This document shows positions 28,870-39,115 of a stretch of 64,000 nt of DNA, piece after piece (position 1 is the stretch's first letter; the number at the start of each line of letters is the position of its first letter). The position numbers were made by a program, and so were the translations under genes. Origin of the DNA: Poseidonia sp. Lineage in GTDB: Archaea; Thermoplasmatota; Poseidoniia; Poseidoniales; Poseidoniaceae. The notes below the pieces were generated by a model. The model was given only the letters and a program-made list of their open reading frames with translations. It had not been told where the DNA came from and did not search any database. Location: contig CBFIDD010000004.1 in the NCBI GenBank assembly GCA_965661285.1, positions 32,001 through 96,000 of the forward strand. The letters run 5' to 3'.

Positions 28870-30873
28870 GTGGGGACATTGCAAAACGGGGTTAGTGGAT
28901 GGTATGCACGATTGGACCGATGTCTCGACAACCGCGAACAACAAATTGACATTTGGTTGAACACGTGGGAAAAATCACTTCGCTCTTTCCAACCCATCGC
29001 CGCCCTTCTCCCTGAAGACTGGCCCACGCTCCCAGCCAACCTGTTGACCGACCCCGGTCACGTCCTCGACCATCTCCTCGCCCGCCACGATGCGGAGTCC
29101 GACGGACGCTCCCCCCGAGGCGCACACCCCACGCCACCACGACTGGCTGATGCCGTGATTTGCTCGGAGATGAAGGACAACTTGGTGAATCCAAAAAAGC
29201 CCGTCCAACAATCAAATTTCCTGATGAGTAACCTGCCACCCGGATTCCGACAACACGTCGAGCGCCTCAACCTCCCCAAGGCCACACAAGACAGCGACGT
29301 GAACGACGAAGCCGAACGCAAAGCTGTTTCACAGAACAAGCGTACGCTCAGCGGCATCCCCTTGCCGATCGCCGACACCGCCGCGGGTGGAGGCTTGTTT
29401 CACGCTCGCCTTATTCGACGCCTCGCTGATGCGCACGAAGACGCCGACCTTGAACTGCGAAAAGAAGACACACGGCGTCTCTTCTCCAACATCCAGCTGC
29501 TCGATGTGGACCCGTTGGTGGTCAAGAGCACCAAACATCGTCTTCTGCTCGAATCCATCCGCCACGAACTCGTGAGTTTTGGCCCCGAAACCCCCGGAAA
29601 AATTTCCCGAAAGGAAATGGAGGCGCTGTTGGATGATGGCGTCAAGCAAGGCGACGCCCTCCAAGGCGAATGGCCTTGGACCACACCCCCCGCACTGGTG
29701 CTGACCAACCCACCGTGGTTGCGCATCAAAGACCGATTCCGTGGAATGGAAGATGGAAGTCAGTTGCGAAAGGAACTGGGCGAGCGCCTGCGAGGTCTGA
29801 CCGACAACGGCACGCCCCGCTTTTCCACCATGCGAGGTAACGTCAACCTCTACCGTCTTTTCATCGAGCGAAGCCTGCAAATCTTGCAAAAAGGAGGACG
29901 GCTCCGAATCATCGCCCCCGACAGCCTCCTGCGAGAGCAGTCCTCCCATCCCCTTCGAGAGTTGCTCGTGAAGCACCACGGCTGGACCCACGCTTGGGCC
30001 ATCGAGGAAGCCAACCTATTGTTCCCCGGCATGACGCAAGGCGTTGTGGTGCTGGGCATCACGGCCCAGGGCGACGCCCCTGTCCTCAATCTCCACGGCC
30101 CCATCACGCGCGCCGACCTCCGCAAGGAAGGCGAAGGGCTCTCCTCCCGCGTCCCCGTGTTCCAACTGGAGGAGGAACGTTGGGTTTCGTGGGCTCGAGA
30201 CACCTGGGCCGTGCCTCGCCTTCCTCGAGACCGAGTGGAGCGCGCGCACACGCTGAAGGTGCTCGACCGTCTTGCCAACCTCCCCCGATTGAGTGATGAG
30301 GAACACCCGCTCACCACCAACGATCGCCAAGTCCGCGTTCGTGTTGGGGAGATTGACCAAACAGCGCACGCCAAAAACATCGAAACGTGGGTGAAGGGAA
30401 AGCGGAGTCGCCCGTTTATTCGTGGCGTCCATTTCTCAGAAAGTGAGGATGGGCAGGTGTTCATTCGCCACCCTGCCTTCCGGACCGACATTCCATCGAG
30501 GGCCAGCGAGCGACAGTTGGCGATGTGGATCGGCGAAGACCATCCTGCCTACGGCCCTCGTCTTGCCTGTCAAGCCATCGTCAACGCTCACCAAGAGCGT
30601 CGATTGCGCTGGGCTGTCATCCCAGAAGGAAGCGTGCTTGGCAACAGCGTCAACCACATTGAACTCCACGACGACATTCAGGAGCGCCTTGTGAGCGACC
30701 ATACCACCATCGAGAATGGCCTCCAGTGGCTCTGCAGTCACCTCAACAACAACGATTTGGATGAATGGGCTCGTGCTTGGGCAGCAAACAACAACGTCAA
30801 CAACTACGAGTTGGAGATGCTCCCCGTCGAATTGCCCGACTCGTTTCCACAATTCGGCACTGTCGCCCCTTGA
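28870..30873 (+). CDS. N6-adenine DNA methyltransferase (gamma class, Eco57I/Alw26I-like); start uncertain
   Basis: HPTP, motif I DTAAGGGLF, motif IV NPPW, NLYRLFIE, C-terminal GEIDQT and NNNVNNYELEMLP. Confidence 0.8.
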   Translation: MGTLQNGVSGWYARLDRCLDNREQQIDIWLNTWEKSLRSFQPIAALLPEDWPTLPANLLTDPGHVLDHLLARHDAESDGRSPRGAHPTPPRLADAVICSEMKDNLVNPKKPVQQSNFLMSNLPPGFRQHVERLNLPKATQDSDVNDEAERKAVSQNKRTLSGIPLPIADTAAGGGLFHARLIRRLADAHEDADLELRKEDTRRLFSNIQLLDVDPLVVKSTKHRLLLESIRHELVSFGPETPGKISRKEMEALLDDGVKQGDALQGEWPWTTPPALVLTNPPWLRIKDRFRGMEDGSQLRKELGERLRGLTDNGTPRFSTMRGNVNLYRLFIERSLQILQKGGRLRIIAPDSLLREQSSHPLRELLVKHHGWTHAWAIEEANLLFPGMTQGVVVLGITAQGDAPVLNLHGPITRADLRKEGEGLSSRVPVFQLEEERWVSWARDTWAVPRLPRDRVERAHTLKVLDRLANLPRLSDEEHPLTTNDRQVRVRVGEIDQTAHAKNIETWVKGKRSRPFIRGVHFSESEDGQVFIRHPAFRTDIPSRASERQLAMWIGEDHPAYGPRLACQAIVNAHQERRLRWAVIPEGSVLGNSVNHIELHDDIQERLVSDHTTIENGLQWLCSHLNNNDLDEWARAWAANNNVNNYELEMLPVELPDSFPQFGTVAP

Positions 30874-30983
30874 TGTGACTTGAGAAGGGGTTATTTTTCC
30901 GAATACCCGCATCCTCAAACCTAGATTTTATAGCAAATGCACCGCTGGATTCGGATGCGCACTCTTTGGAGGATGAAGAAAGA

Positions 30984-31565
30984 ATGGGAGTTCATCCAAA
31001 AATTGGCATCACGGGGCTGCCTCGAAGCGGTAAGTCGGCGGTGATGGAAAAGGTCCTTGAAATGCTCTTGGATGAGCGCAAGCGCGAAATTTCAATGCGT
31101 GGTGGTTCCAGCGAAGGCGCCATCATCGGTGGGGTGCGGACCGAGCCGCTGCTTGAGAACGGCGAACGAATGGGCTACAAAATCATCGATATTGTCTCGG
31201 GCGAAGAAGGCGTGATCGCCCACAAGGGCATTGATTCTCGTCTCCGTGTTCTCGGCTACGGTATTGACACGGAAGAATTGGACCGCGTGGCCCTGCCCGC
31301 CATCGACCACGCTCAGCATCACTGCGAAGTCCTCGTCATCGATGAAATCGGAAAATTCTCGGTTGAATCCGAAGCCTTCGTTCAGGCCGTTCGGGCGGCC
31401 TTGGAGGTTGACATGCCGACCTTGCTCACCCTTCACAAGAAAAGCCGTCATCCACTGTTGCAAGACATTCGCCGCCGTGATGACGGGCGAATTCTTGAGG
31501 TCACGCCCGTAAACCGAGCGCTGCTGCCGTACAAGATTCACAAGCTCATGCGCGAAACCTACTGA
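30984..31565 (+). CDS. Nucleoside-triphosphatase (THEP1/NTPase_1 family)
   Basis: ITGLPRSGKS, IDEIGK, TLH. RBS GGAGG lies upstream. Confidence 0.9.
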   Translation: MGVHPKIGITGLPRSGKSAVMEKVLEMLLDERKREISMRGGSSEGAIIGGVRTEPLLENGERMGYKIIDIVSGEEGVIAHKGIDSRLRVLGYGIDTEELDRVALPAIDHAQHHCEVLVIDEIGKFSVESEAFVQAVRAALEVDMPTLLTLHKKSRHPLLQDIRRRDDGRILEVTPVNRALLPYKIHKLMRETY

Positions 31566-31618
31566 TGGCGGATGTTCAGCATCGGTTGGTTCATGGGGCA
31601 ACGTGCGCTGGCCATTTC

Positions 31619-31960
31619 ATGCACCCACCGAGTGTCGCCGTCGAGCGCCTTCTGTATGGCACGGGTGTGGGCTTCCTGCTGGGCATCGGGTTTGGTTTGC
31701 AATCGGGTCGGACGCTTGGTGCAACGCCTCCCGTGATGGAGGTGTTCATCGGGGCCGCCGTGCTTTTCTTCGTCCTCGGGTGGACCATAGGCAACGGCAC
31801 CGGACCGCTCGCACGTTGGTTTTCGCACGAGACCGAGGCCGACATGGCTCGGCGCGTGCGCTCAGAAATCGATGAGGTCCAACGCTCCGAAGACGTGACG
31901 TCGAAGTGGGCTGAACTCGAGGCCAAGGTATTAACACATGATTTAGGCGAGGAAGTCTGA
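31619..31960 (+). CDS. Small membrane protein
   Basis: Two TM segments and a charged C-terminus. Confidence 0.6.
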   Translation: MHPPSVAVERLLYGTGVGFLLGIGFGLQSGRTLGATPPVMEVFIGAAVLFFVLGWTIGNGTGPLARWFSHETEADMARRVRSEIDEVQRSEDVTSKWAELEAKVLTHDLGEEV

Positions 31961-32018
31961 ATCGTACATCGTAGGGTTGATGTGCGTTCGTGCCTTGGTT
32001 AAGAGCAGAGGCGAGACC

Positions 32019-32402
32019 ATGAGCGATGTCCCCGAAGGATTGTACTACACCAAAGAACACGAATGGATGCGAGTTGAAGGCGACACCGTCACCATCGGTA
32101 TCACCGACCACGCACAAGACATGCTGACGGACATCGTCTACATCGAACTTCCAGAAGAGGGTGACGTCGTCGGCGATATGGGTGAATTCGCCGTGGTCGA
32201 ATCCGTGAAGTCGGCTTCGCCAATTTTCGCACCGCTTGCCGGTACCATCGCTGCGGTCAACATGGAGCTGGAAGATGCCCCCGAACTGATGAACACCTCG
32301 CCTTACGGCGACGGGTGGATCGTAAAGATGACGCTTGACAATCCCGATGCCGTGTCGGGCCTGATGGACGCCGCCGCTTACAAAGCTGAAATCGGCGAGT
32401 GA
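32019..32402 (+). CDS. gcvH: Glycine cleavage system H protein
   Basis: YTKEHEW, GITDHAQ, VESVK (lipoyl Lys), PYGDGW. Confidence 0.96.
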   Translation: MSDVPEGLYYTKEHEWMRVEGDTVTIGITDHAQDMLTDIVYIELPEEGDVVGDMGEFAVVESVKSASPIFAPLAGTIAAVNMELEDAPELMNTSPYGDGWIVKMTLDNPDAVSGLMDAAAYKAEIGE

Positions 32403-32944
32403 GTCCGTTGACGGATTCGCCGTGGACACTCTATGTTGACGGGTCCTGTCTGGGCAACCAAAACGTCGATGCGACCACCCCCGCTTCGTGGGGTTTGGTG
32501 GTCGTAGTCGGCGATTCCGGCCTTGGAAAAGGGTCGGGTGAACTGCACCATGAGGAAGCGGGTGCCGTGATCACCACGCCAGGTGCCGACGGATTCATTG
32601 GCGCTACGGTCGGTTCAAACAACACCGCAGAATTGAGCGGCTTTGCAGCCGCCCTCCGATGGCTTCTGATGGAAGGTGGAGAGGCGGCGGCGACGATTCG
32701 TGCCGATTCCACCTATGCGGGCAACCTCGCAAGCGGAGCGTGGAAGGCGAAAGCCAACCGCGAGTTGGTGGCCCATGTTCAGGCGCTGTGGGCGGAAGTG
32801 GCAAGCCTGCGCCCACTTTCGTGGTCGCACGTCAAAGCGCACCGTGGACATCGCTGGAACGAACGTGCGGACCATTTGGCGGCACGCCATGCCAACGGGG
32901 AGACGCCAGAGCCGCTGACGTTTTGGAAACCCGGTCAGCGCTGA
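32399..32944 (+). CDS. rnhA: Ribonuclease HI
   Basis: YVDGSCLGN, SNNTAEL, DSTY, HVKAHRG, NERADHLA. Confidence 0.9.
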   Translation: MSPLTDSPWTLYVDGSCLGNQNVDATTPASWGLVVVVGDSGLGKGSGELHHEEAGAVITTPGADGFIGATVGSNNTAELSGFAAALRWLLMEGGEAAATIRADSTYAGNLASGAWKAKANRELVAHVQALWAEVASLRPLSWSHVKAHRGHRWNERADHLAARHANGETPEPLTFWKPGQR

Positions 32945-33804
32945 TCGCCGAGGCGTTCTTCCAACCACGTTCTCATCTCATCCGCGTAATCAGGCCGGCG
33001 CAACGCATGGTCCACTTGGGCTTTCAACCAGAGCAAGGGTGCACCAGAATCGTACCACTGCGTGTTCTCAAGAACAACGCCGTGAAGGGAACCTTCGTCC
33101 ATCCAATGCCGCTGCAGCGCAATGCTTTGGAGTTCACCGTGCTCCTCGTAAGTGTAGACGTTCAGCAACTCCTGGGTGGAGGACGGAAAGACATAGCGGC
33201 CGCACAGTGCGAGCCGGCTGGGGGCCTCATCGGGGGTTGGTTTCTCGACCATATCGACGATGCGATGTCCGTCCATGCCAACGATGCCATAATTTTGGAC
33301 GTCGCGTACTTGAACTTCCATCAGCCCGACGGTGGCCTCACCGCGGTTCATGAACGCGTCAACCAGACGCTTGGAAGCGGTGGAAGGCGCATAGGATTCG
33401 ATGGAAGCGTGCGTATCCATCAACAGGTTATCGCCCAGCATGACCAGAAACGGCCCGTCAATGGCGTCCAAGGCGGCGCCGATAGCGTCGCCAACGCCCT
33501 TCGGTTCGTGTTGGATGTGAACGAGGACTTCGAGGCCGTCGGTGGCGTGAAAGAGGGTTTCATCCAAATGGGCCTGCAGGCCGTGGAGGTCGCGACGGTC
33601 GGTGAGCCAGGGCTGGAAGGATTTGGTGGGCGACACCACGACGTGAAAGCGCTGGATGCTGGCTTCTTTGGCTTCCATCACGAGATGGGTGAGAAGGGGA
33701 ACATCAACCAAGGGAAGCGATTCCTTCGGTGAAAAGGCACTGGTGGGGAACATTCGCGTTCCGAGACCGGCCGCCACCAGCACGGCGTCTCGAACCACGT
33801 CCAT
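32935..33804 (-). CDS. galU: UTP--glucose-1-phosphate uridylyltransferase (GalU-like)
   Basis: AAGLGTRMFP, PKESLP, QHEPKGVGDAI, LGD, VEKP, GRYVF. Confidence 0.8.
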   Translation of the reverse strand: MDVVRDAVLVAAGLGTRMFPTSAFSPKESLPLVDVPLLTHLVMEAKEASIQRFHVVVSPTKSFQPWLTDRRDLHGLQAHLDETLFHATDGLEVLVHIQHEPKGVGDAIGAALDAIDGPFLVMLGDNLLMDTHASIESYAPSTASKRLVDAFMNRGEATVGLMEVQVRDVQNYGIVGMDGHRIVDMVEKPTPDEAPSRLALCGRYVFPSSTQELLNVYTYEEHGELQSIALQRHWMDEGSLHGVVLENTQWYDSGAPLLWLKAQVDHALRRPDYADEMRTWLEERLGDQR

Positions 33805-33853
33805 GACCTTCCTGAGAAGGCACAGGCTTTCAAGCGTGAGGCTCCAGCGGGGG

Positions 33854-34270
33854 ATGATGGACCGAAAAGCGTCGGCGCCTCTCTTCGTGGCGGGCGTTGT
33901 TTTGGTCGGGCAGAGTTTCACCGACCTCGCTCCTGCCGGGCCGTGGGATTCAGCGTCGTTTTCCCGGGGCGTGATTGGCCTGGTGGGCATGGTCCTTCTC
34001 TACCTCGCATGGTTTGAACGCACCTTCGGCTTCCTCGGTGTTGCGCCAACGGTTGACCGATGGCAGTCCCCTGAACAGACGTGGCTTCAGGTCGTGGTGT
34101 TTGGCCTGGCGTGTCTCGTGCTGACGCGTATCGTTCGCATGTTCGATGGCGACGGTCTGGTGCCGGAACCTGCTGGACTGGTCCTCTCGCTGGTCGGTGT
34201 TCTCGCCATCATGAACGGACTGTATGTCTGGCTCATCACGTCTGGCCCGCTGGCTGAGGAAGAGGAGTGA
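33854..34270 (+). CDS. Four-TM membrane protein
   Basis: Hydrophobic ORF starting MMDRKAS. Confidence 0.65.
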   Translation: MMDRKASAPLFVAGVVLVGQSFTDLAPAGPWDSASFSRGVIGLVGMVLLYLAWFERTFGFLGVAPTVDRWQSPEQTWLQVVVFGLACLVLTRIVRMFDGDGLVPEPAGLVLSLVGVLAIMNGLYVWLITSGPLAEEEE

Positions 34271-34272
34271 AT

Positions 34273-35745
34273 TCACTCGTCAAGGGAACGCAGGGCGTCA
34301 TCCAACTCGGGCAGCGACGCCGGCGCTTCCATTTGAGAAACATGGGCCGAGCGCTCCACCGTGGTCGGTTGCTCACCTTCGCCCGCAAGCCATGCTTTCC
34401 AGGCGTCGCAGCGCTCAGGGTGTCGCAGCGCCAGTGGCTCCCACAGCGGTTCAAGGTCCGCCCCCACATCGTGCAGTGCCTTGACCTGAGAGGCGAAGTG
34501 GTCGGGTGCGACTTCTTCCATGCGGAGGAGCAATTCTCGCAGGCGGATTCGCACGACTTCGTCGCCGTCTTTCCACAACTCGTGAAACAGGCCGCGCTCG
34601 TCACTGGGGTCGAATTCGATGTATTCGCGCAGATTGGGGACGAGGTTTCGTCGAACGATGGCAAGCGGGTGGTCGACCAGTTGGCGCAAGCGGTCGGCCC
34701 ACTGGTCTTTGTCGAGGTACTTCACGTCGCCAACCGTCGCACTGGCTGCCGCCAAGACGCCCTCGTCCTCCGACTGGAGCATGTCGTCAAGCAGCGGCAA
34801 AGCGTCCCACGTCAGGCGGCGAAACAGGCGGGTCAACACATCAGCCATGGCGCGACACACGAGGGTTTCCTCGCGTTCGTGAAGACGAAGCGCCAGTTGA
34901 TGACCGAAGTCGCGGTCGGCTTCGATGGCCTTGGCCAAACACAACGTGACTTTGTTCGCGACTTCGCCCACCGGGTCAGCGGCTCGACGCAAAAGAATGT
35001 CCTTCAGGCCGAGCGGCTCGATGAGCGGTTGACGTTCCAGCAGGAGGCGAACCCATTCGAGCAGGAGGAGACGGCGGTCCAAATCGCCGCCTTCCAAGCG
35101 CTCGAGCACCCAACGCGCGGCTTCGACGCCGCGTTCGTGAGCGACCACGGTGCTGGACATGCGCGGCACCACAGCGTGCGGGTTCCAATCCATGTGTTGG
35201 GGGCCGGCGTCGGGTTGCGTGTGCCACGTGCCGGGACGTTCTGCGAGGGCGATGGACTCCACGAGATGGTAGCCCTGATGGACGGGTTGGCCGTAGGGCA
35301 CGGTCGACAAACCGTTGAGCAGCGCAATGCTGAGCCACCAGCGGTCGGTGTTGGGTGCGTGCGGGTCAAACGCCTGAGCGAGCCAGTCGGTGGCGATGTG
35401 AAACAACAAGCGGTCGGCCACGTCATCCATGCGACGACTGAGCCATTTCTGATGGATTTCAAACGGGTCGTCGCTGAGGTTCATTCTGTGCGGGACGATC
35501 AAATCCACCACGGTGTTGAGGTGGCGGTCAAACATCCCTCGGTCGACGTTCAGGATACCGAGGCCCTGTTCGAACAGCCGGTGAGGCGAGGTCGGAGCGA
35601 TAGCGGGGAAATCCGGGTCGCTCATGGGCGGTTCGGGCAGCGGCCATGCTTCTGTGCCGCGTTCAAGCGCTTCAACCAGTCCCGTCGCCACGCGTTCAAA
35701 CGCTTCGTCGGAAATCTTCGTTCGGCTCTTGCTCACGCTGTTCAC
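34273..35745 (-). CDS. HEAT-repeat-containing protein
   Basis: C-terminal repeats DPVGEVANK, SEDEGVLAAA, HPLAIVRR, DGDEVVR. Confidence 0.7.
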   Translation of the reverse strand: MNSVSKSRTKISDEAFERVATGLVEALERGTEAWPLPEPPMSDPDFPAIAPTSPHRLFEQGLGILNVDRGMFDRHLNTVVDLIVPHRMNLSDDPFEIHQKWLSRRMDDVADRLLFHIATDWLAQAFDPHAPNTDRWWLSIALLNGLSTVPYGQPVHQGYHLVESIALAERPGTWHTQPDAGPQHMDWNPHAVVPRMSSTVVAHERGVEAARWVLERLEGGDLDRRLLLLEWVRLLLERQPLIEPLGLKDILLRRAADPVGEVANKVTLCLAKAIEADRDFGHQLALRLHEREETLVCRAMADVLTRLFRRLTWDALPLLDDMLQSEDEGVLAAASATVGDVKYLDKDQWADRLRQLVDHPLAIVRRNLVPNLREYIEFDPSDERGLFHELWKDGDEVVRIRLRELLLRMEEVAPDHFASQVKALHDVGADLEPLWEPLALRHPERCDAWKAWLAGEGEQPTTVERSAHVSQMEAPASLPELDDALRSLDE

Positions 35746-35777
35746 CTGTTGGATTTACCGTCGTTTCAACAGGAGAC

Positions 35778-36704
35778 TCAAATGTCGAGCTCAATGTTCA
35801 GGTTTTGGATGAGTTCCTTGTACCTGTTGCGGATGGTGACTTCTGTGACGCCCGCCACTTCAGCCACTTCACGCTGCGTTCGTCGCTTGCCGCACAGCAC
35901 CGAGGCGATGTAGATGATGGACGCAGCGATGCCCGTAGGACCGCGGCCGCTGGTCAATTCCTTTTCCTGTGCGGCTTTGATGAGTTCGTAGGCCTTGGCT
36001 TCAACGTCAGCGTCGAGGCCCAATCCGGAACAGAATCGGGAGATGTAGTCTTCTGGGCCGGTTGGCATGATCTTCATCTTCAATTCACGAACCATGAACC
36101 GATAGGTTCGACCGATTTCCTTACGACCGGTACGAGAGGCTTGACCGATTTCGTCAAGCGTTCGTGGAACACCGCACTGTCGGCAGGCTGCATAGAGCGA
36201 AGCAGCAGCCACACCTTCAATGGAACGGCCACGAATCAGGCGCTTGTCGACGGCTTTCTTGTAGTTCACAGCCGCGGCTTCACGGACCGATTTCGGGAGT
36301 TCCAAGCGGCTGGCCATACGGTCGAGTTCGGCCAGCGCCATAGCGAGGTTTCGCTCGGTGGCGTTGCTGACACGGCTTCGCTTCTGCCACTTGCGCATGC
36401 GGTAGAACTGGGAACGGTACCTGGAGTTGATGGTTTTTCCAGAGTAGTCTTTGTTTTGCCAGTCGATATCGGTGGACAACCCCTTGTCGTGAAGCATCAC
36501 GGTCATGGGCGCACCGGTACGAGCACGCTGGTCGCCTTGCTCGGGGGAAAAGACACGCCATTCGGCACCTTGGTCGATGACATTGTCTTCCAACACCAGG
36601 CCGCAATCGTCGCAAACGACCTCGCCACGGGTTTCGTCTCTCGAGAGCGATCTGCTTCCACAGTCGCTGCATTTCACAATATCTTCCACTTGTTGGTCAC
36701 TCAC
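35778..36704 (-). CDS. tfb: Transcription initiation factor IIB (TFB)
   Basis: Zn ribbon CSDCG...[46 protein letters not shown]. Confidence 0.98.
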   Translation of the reverse strand: MSDQQVEDIVKCSDCGSRSLSRDETRGEVVCDDCGLVLEDNVIDQGAEWRVFSPEQGDQRARTGAPMTVMLHDKGLSTDIDWQNKDYSGKTINSRYRSQFYRMRKWQKRSRVSNATERNLAMALAELDRMASRLELPKSVREAAAVNYKKAVDKRLIRGRSIEGVAAASLYAACRQCGVPRTLDEIGQASRTGRKEIGRTYRFMVRELKMKIMPTGPEDYISRFCSGLGLDADVEAKAYELIKAAQEKELTSGRGPTGIAASIIYIASVLCGKRRTQREVAEVAGVTEVTIRNRYKELIQNLNIELDI

Positions 36705-36761
36705 ATGTATCCCTCAACGATTCCCATCGATGTGCGAACCTATTTAATCCCTTTTGGCATT

Positions 36762-36780
36762 GATATTTATATTTAATGAT
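36762..36780 (-). promoter_or_regulatory. Probable TATA box upstream of tfb
   Basis: Minus strand reads ATCATTAAATATAAATATC, within an AT-rich intergenic region about 60-75 nt upstream of the tfb start. Confidence 0.45.
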
Positions 36781-36984
36781 ACGAAAAGAACCACGCATTC
36801 CTGAGCAAAGGGTAGGCAATGACAAAGCCCAGACCGAACATTGGGAAAGGAACACCATTGGATGAGCGTTGTTAGAAAATATGCCAGGATTGTTGCTTTC
36901 GTGGGCCATTCAACGGCCAACCCGACAGCCGCCCCCCGAACCGATTATGAACGGATGGCCCTTGAACGGCATTGAGGGGGAAGC

Positions 36985-38973
36985 ATGGGAGGGAACAAAC
37001 CAGCAGCGAGCATCGCTCTAACCCCCGGCAAAAGGGTGCTTTTCCTGACCAAGGACTTGGACCTCATCAAGCAACAGCTCTACGACGGCCTCGACCTGCG
37101 TATGGAAGATTTGACCGTCGACGACTTGCTGGACGACATCAACACCGATGTCATGACGCCGGCATGGGTGTGCTTTGACCACGATCCTGCTGAAATCGCC
37201 AAAAACGCATACGCTGGCTTGATGCACAACGGTCTGCGTGTGTTTCGAGAAAACGCCCTGAAGGACGGGAACTTCGAAGTCATCGTTTCGGGCCAGCGCA
37301 AAGGTACCGGTTCAAGCCGAGAGACCGCCGCTCAATGCGAACGCTGGGCCGGCATCAGCATCGTCATCGCAGCCTCCTTTGCACCCATCCATGAACGCAA
37401 CAACATCAACCTCGGCCAGTTGATGGGCGACCACGCCATGCTCGAGCGCCTGCAAAACGGCGAATCCATCGCTCTTGCCGAATTCACCGGGCAGTACGAC
37501 CCCGTCACCCAACTCATCGTCGAACACGGCGGCCTGTTCCCCTTCGCCAAGGCCCTCAAGGCAGGCGAACTCGATCTCGCGCCGTTGAGCACGACCCAAC
37601 GCCCGATGACGATGGCTGAACGTATCATCAGCCGAAACTTGGTGGGCCAACCCGATGGTCAGTGCGTCCAACCGGGCGACCCGGTCATCGCACAGGTTCA
37701 AGGCGGCTACTCCCACGAATTTACGACAGCACAAGTTCACACCTTCCTGCAGGAGGAGTACGGAGAGGGTTACGCCCTGCCCAATTCGAGCAAATTTGCG
37801 GTGTTCGAAGACCACCTGCTCTACGCCCAACACAACCCGAAATTCGTTCCGTTCATGCACAAGGTCCAGACCCTGCGCGACCTTCAGGTCGCATTCCAGC
37901 AACACACGGGCGTGCGTGATTATTCGGCCGTGGACGGCGTATCGCCGGGCATTTGCCATCAAGTGGCCCGCGAAGAATTCATCGAAATTGGCGACTTCAT
38001 CCAAGCCACCGATTCCCACACCTGCATGGGCGGTGCTTCAAACGCCCTCACGTGGGGTGTTGGTGCCACCGAATATGCCAACCTTGTCAGCGCAGGCTTC
38101 ACCTTCGTGAAAGTGCCTGAATCCATTCGATTCGAGCTCGTCGGGGAACTCAACCACGGGTGCACCGCAAAAGACGTCATTTTGGCCATTCTCGCCGACC
38201 ACGCTCGCAAGGAGTTGACGCTGAACCGAAGCATGGAATTCGGCGGGCCCGGACTTGCCTCCCTTTCGGTGGACGAACGAGCAACGCTGTGCAACATGGC
38301 TACCGAATGTTCGGGACGAACCGGTATCTGCGAGGCCGATGACGCCCTTATGACGTGGATGCTCAAAGCGCAACCCCACCTTTCGGAAGAGAAGCAGCGC
38401 GCTCGCATGGTGGCGCCCGATGAAGGCGCCCATTACGACGGTGGCGTCCACGTCATTGACCTCTCGTCCATCGTACCGATGGTGGCCCACCCAGGCAACC
38501 CCGACGAAGGCATCCCAAGCGACCCGACCAACGGCGCCAACATCGCTGACATTGGCCAAGTCGCAGTTGACATCGCCTACGGCGGCTCGTGTACCGCCGG
38601 AAAGGAGGACGACATCGCCTACTACGCTGAGGTGTGCCAAGCGGCCAAAGACGCCGGCCTCAAGGTCAAAGACGGCGTTGATTTCTACATCCAATACGGC
38701 TCTGGTCAAGTGAAGGCCCTTGCCGAGCGCAAAGGCTGGCACGACCTGTTTCTTGAGGTCGGTGTGAAACTCATCGACCCGGGATGCGGCGCTTGCATCG
38801 GTGCTGGACCGGGTGTTTCCCTGACCCCCGACCAAGTGACGGTCTCCGCCATCAACCGCAACTTCCAGGGTCGGTCTGGACCCGGGAAACTCTACCTCGC
38901 CAGCCCGCTCACGGTCGCCGCTTCAGCCTTCACCGGACACATCAGCATCTGGAGCCCCGGCCTTTTCGCTTGA
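36985..38973 (+). CDS. Aconitase-family hydratase with swivel domain N-terminal to the Fe-S domain
   Basis: N-terminal DINTD and GTGSSRE (LeuD-like). Then EDH, GICHQ, TDSHTC, TLCNM, GSCTAG, GCGACIG, NRNFQGR, YLASP. Confidence 0.9.
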   Translation: MGGNKPAASIALTPGKRVLFLTKDLDLIKQQLYDGLDLRMEDLTVDDLLDDINTDVMTPAWVCFDHDPAEIAKNAYAGLMHNGLRVFRENALKDGNFEVIVSGQRKGTGSSRETAAQCERWAGISIVIAASFAPIHERNNINLGQLMGDHAMLERLQNGESIALAEFTGQYDPVTQLIVEHGGLFPFAKALKAGELDLAPLSTTQRPMTMAERIISRNLVGQPDGQCVQPGDPVIAQVQGGYSHEFTTAQVHTFLQEEYGEGYALPNSSKFAVFEDHLLYAQHNPKFVPFMHKVQTLRDLQVAFQQHTGVRDYSAVDGVSPGICHQVAREEFIEIGDFIQATDSHTCMGGASNALTWGVGATEYANLVSAGFTFVKVPESIRFELVGELNHGCTAKDVILAILADHARKELTLNRSMEFGGPGLASLSVDERATLCNMATECSGRTGICEADDALMTWMLKAQPHLSEEKQRARMVAPDEGAHYDGGVHVIDLSSIVPMVAHPGNPDEGIPSDPTNGANIADIGQVAVDIAYGGSCTAGKEDDIAYYAEVCQAAKDAGLKVKDGVDFYIQYGSGQVKALAERKGWHDLFLEVGVKLIDPGCGACIGAGPGVSLTPDQVTVSAINRNFQGRSGPGKLYLASPLTVAASAFTGHISIWSPGLFA

Positions 38974-39115
38974 GTGGATGCACCCAAAGGCCGTCATTTT
39001 CGGCTTGCTCCATCCCGTTTCGCCTAAGGAGATTATAATCCCTCAAAGGACGGAGACGGTCATCTGTCGGCCCGACGTCGTCAAGACGGAGGAGGACCGG
39101 GGGAGGTGAACGCCC

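Noticed and set aside
34267-35913. Long alternative-frame ORFs (e.g. 34267..35913+, 57069..58295+, 35646..36776+, 32659..33732+, 10996..12075-)
   Set aside because: They are antisense shadows of well-supported genes in GC-rich DNA and show no recognisable motifs.
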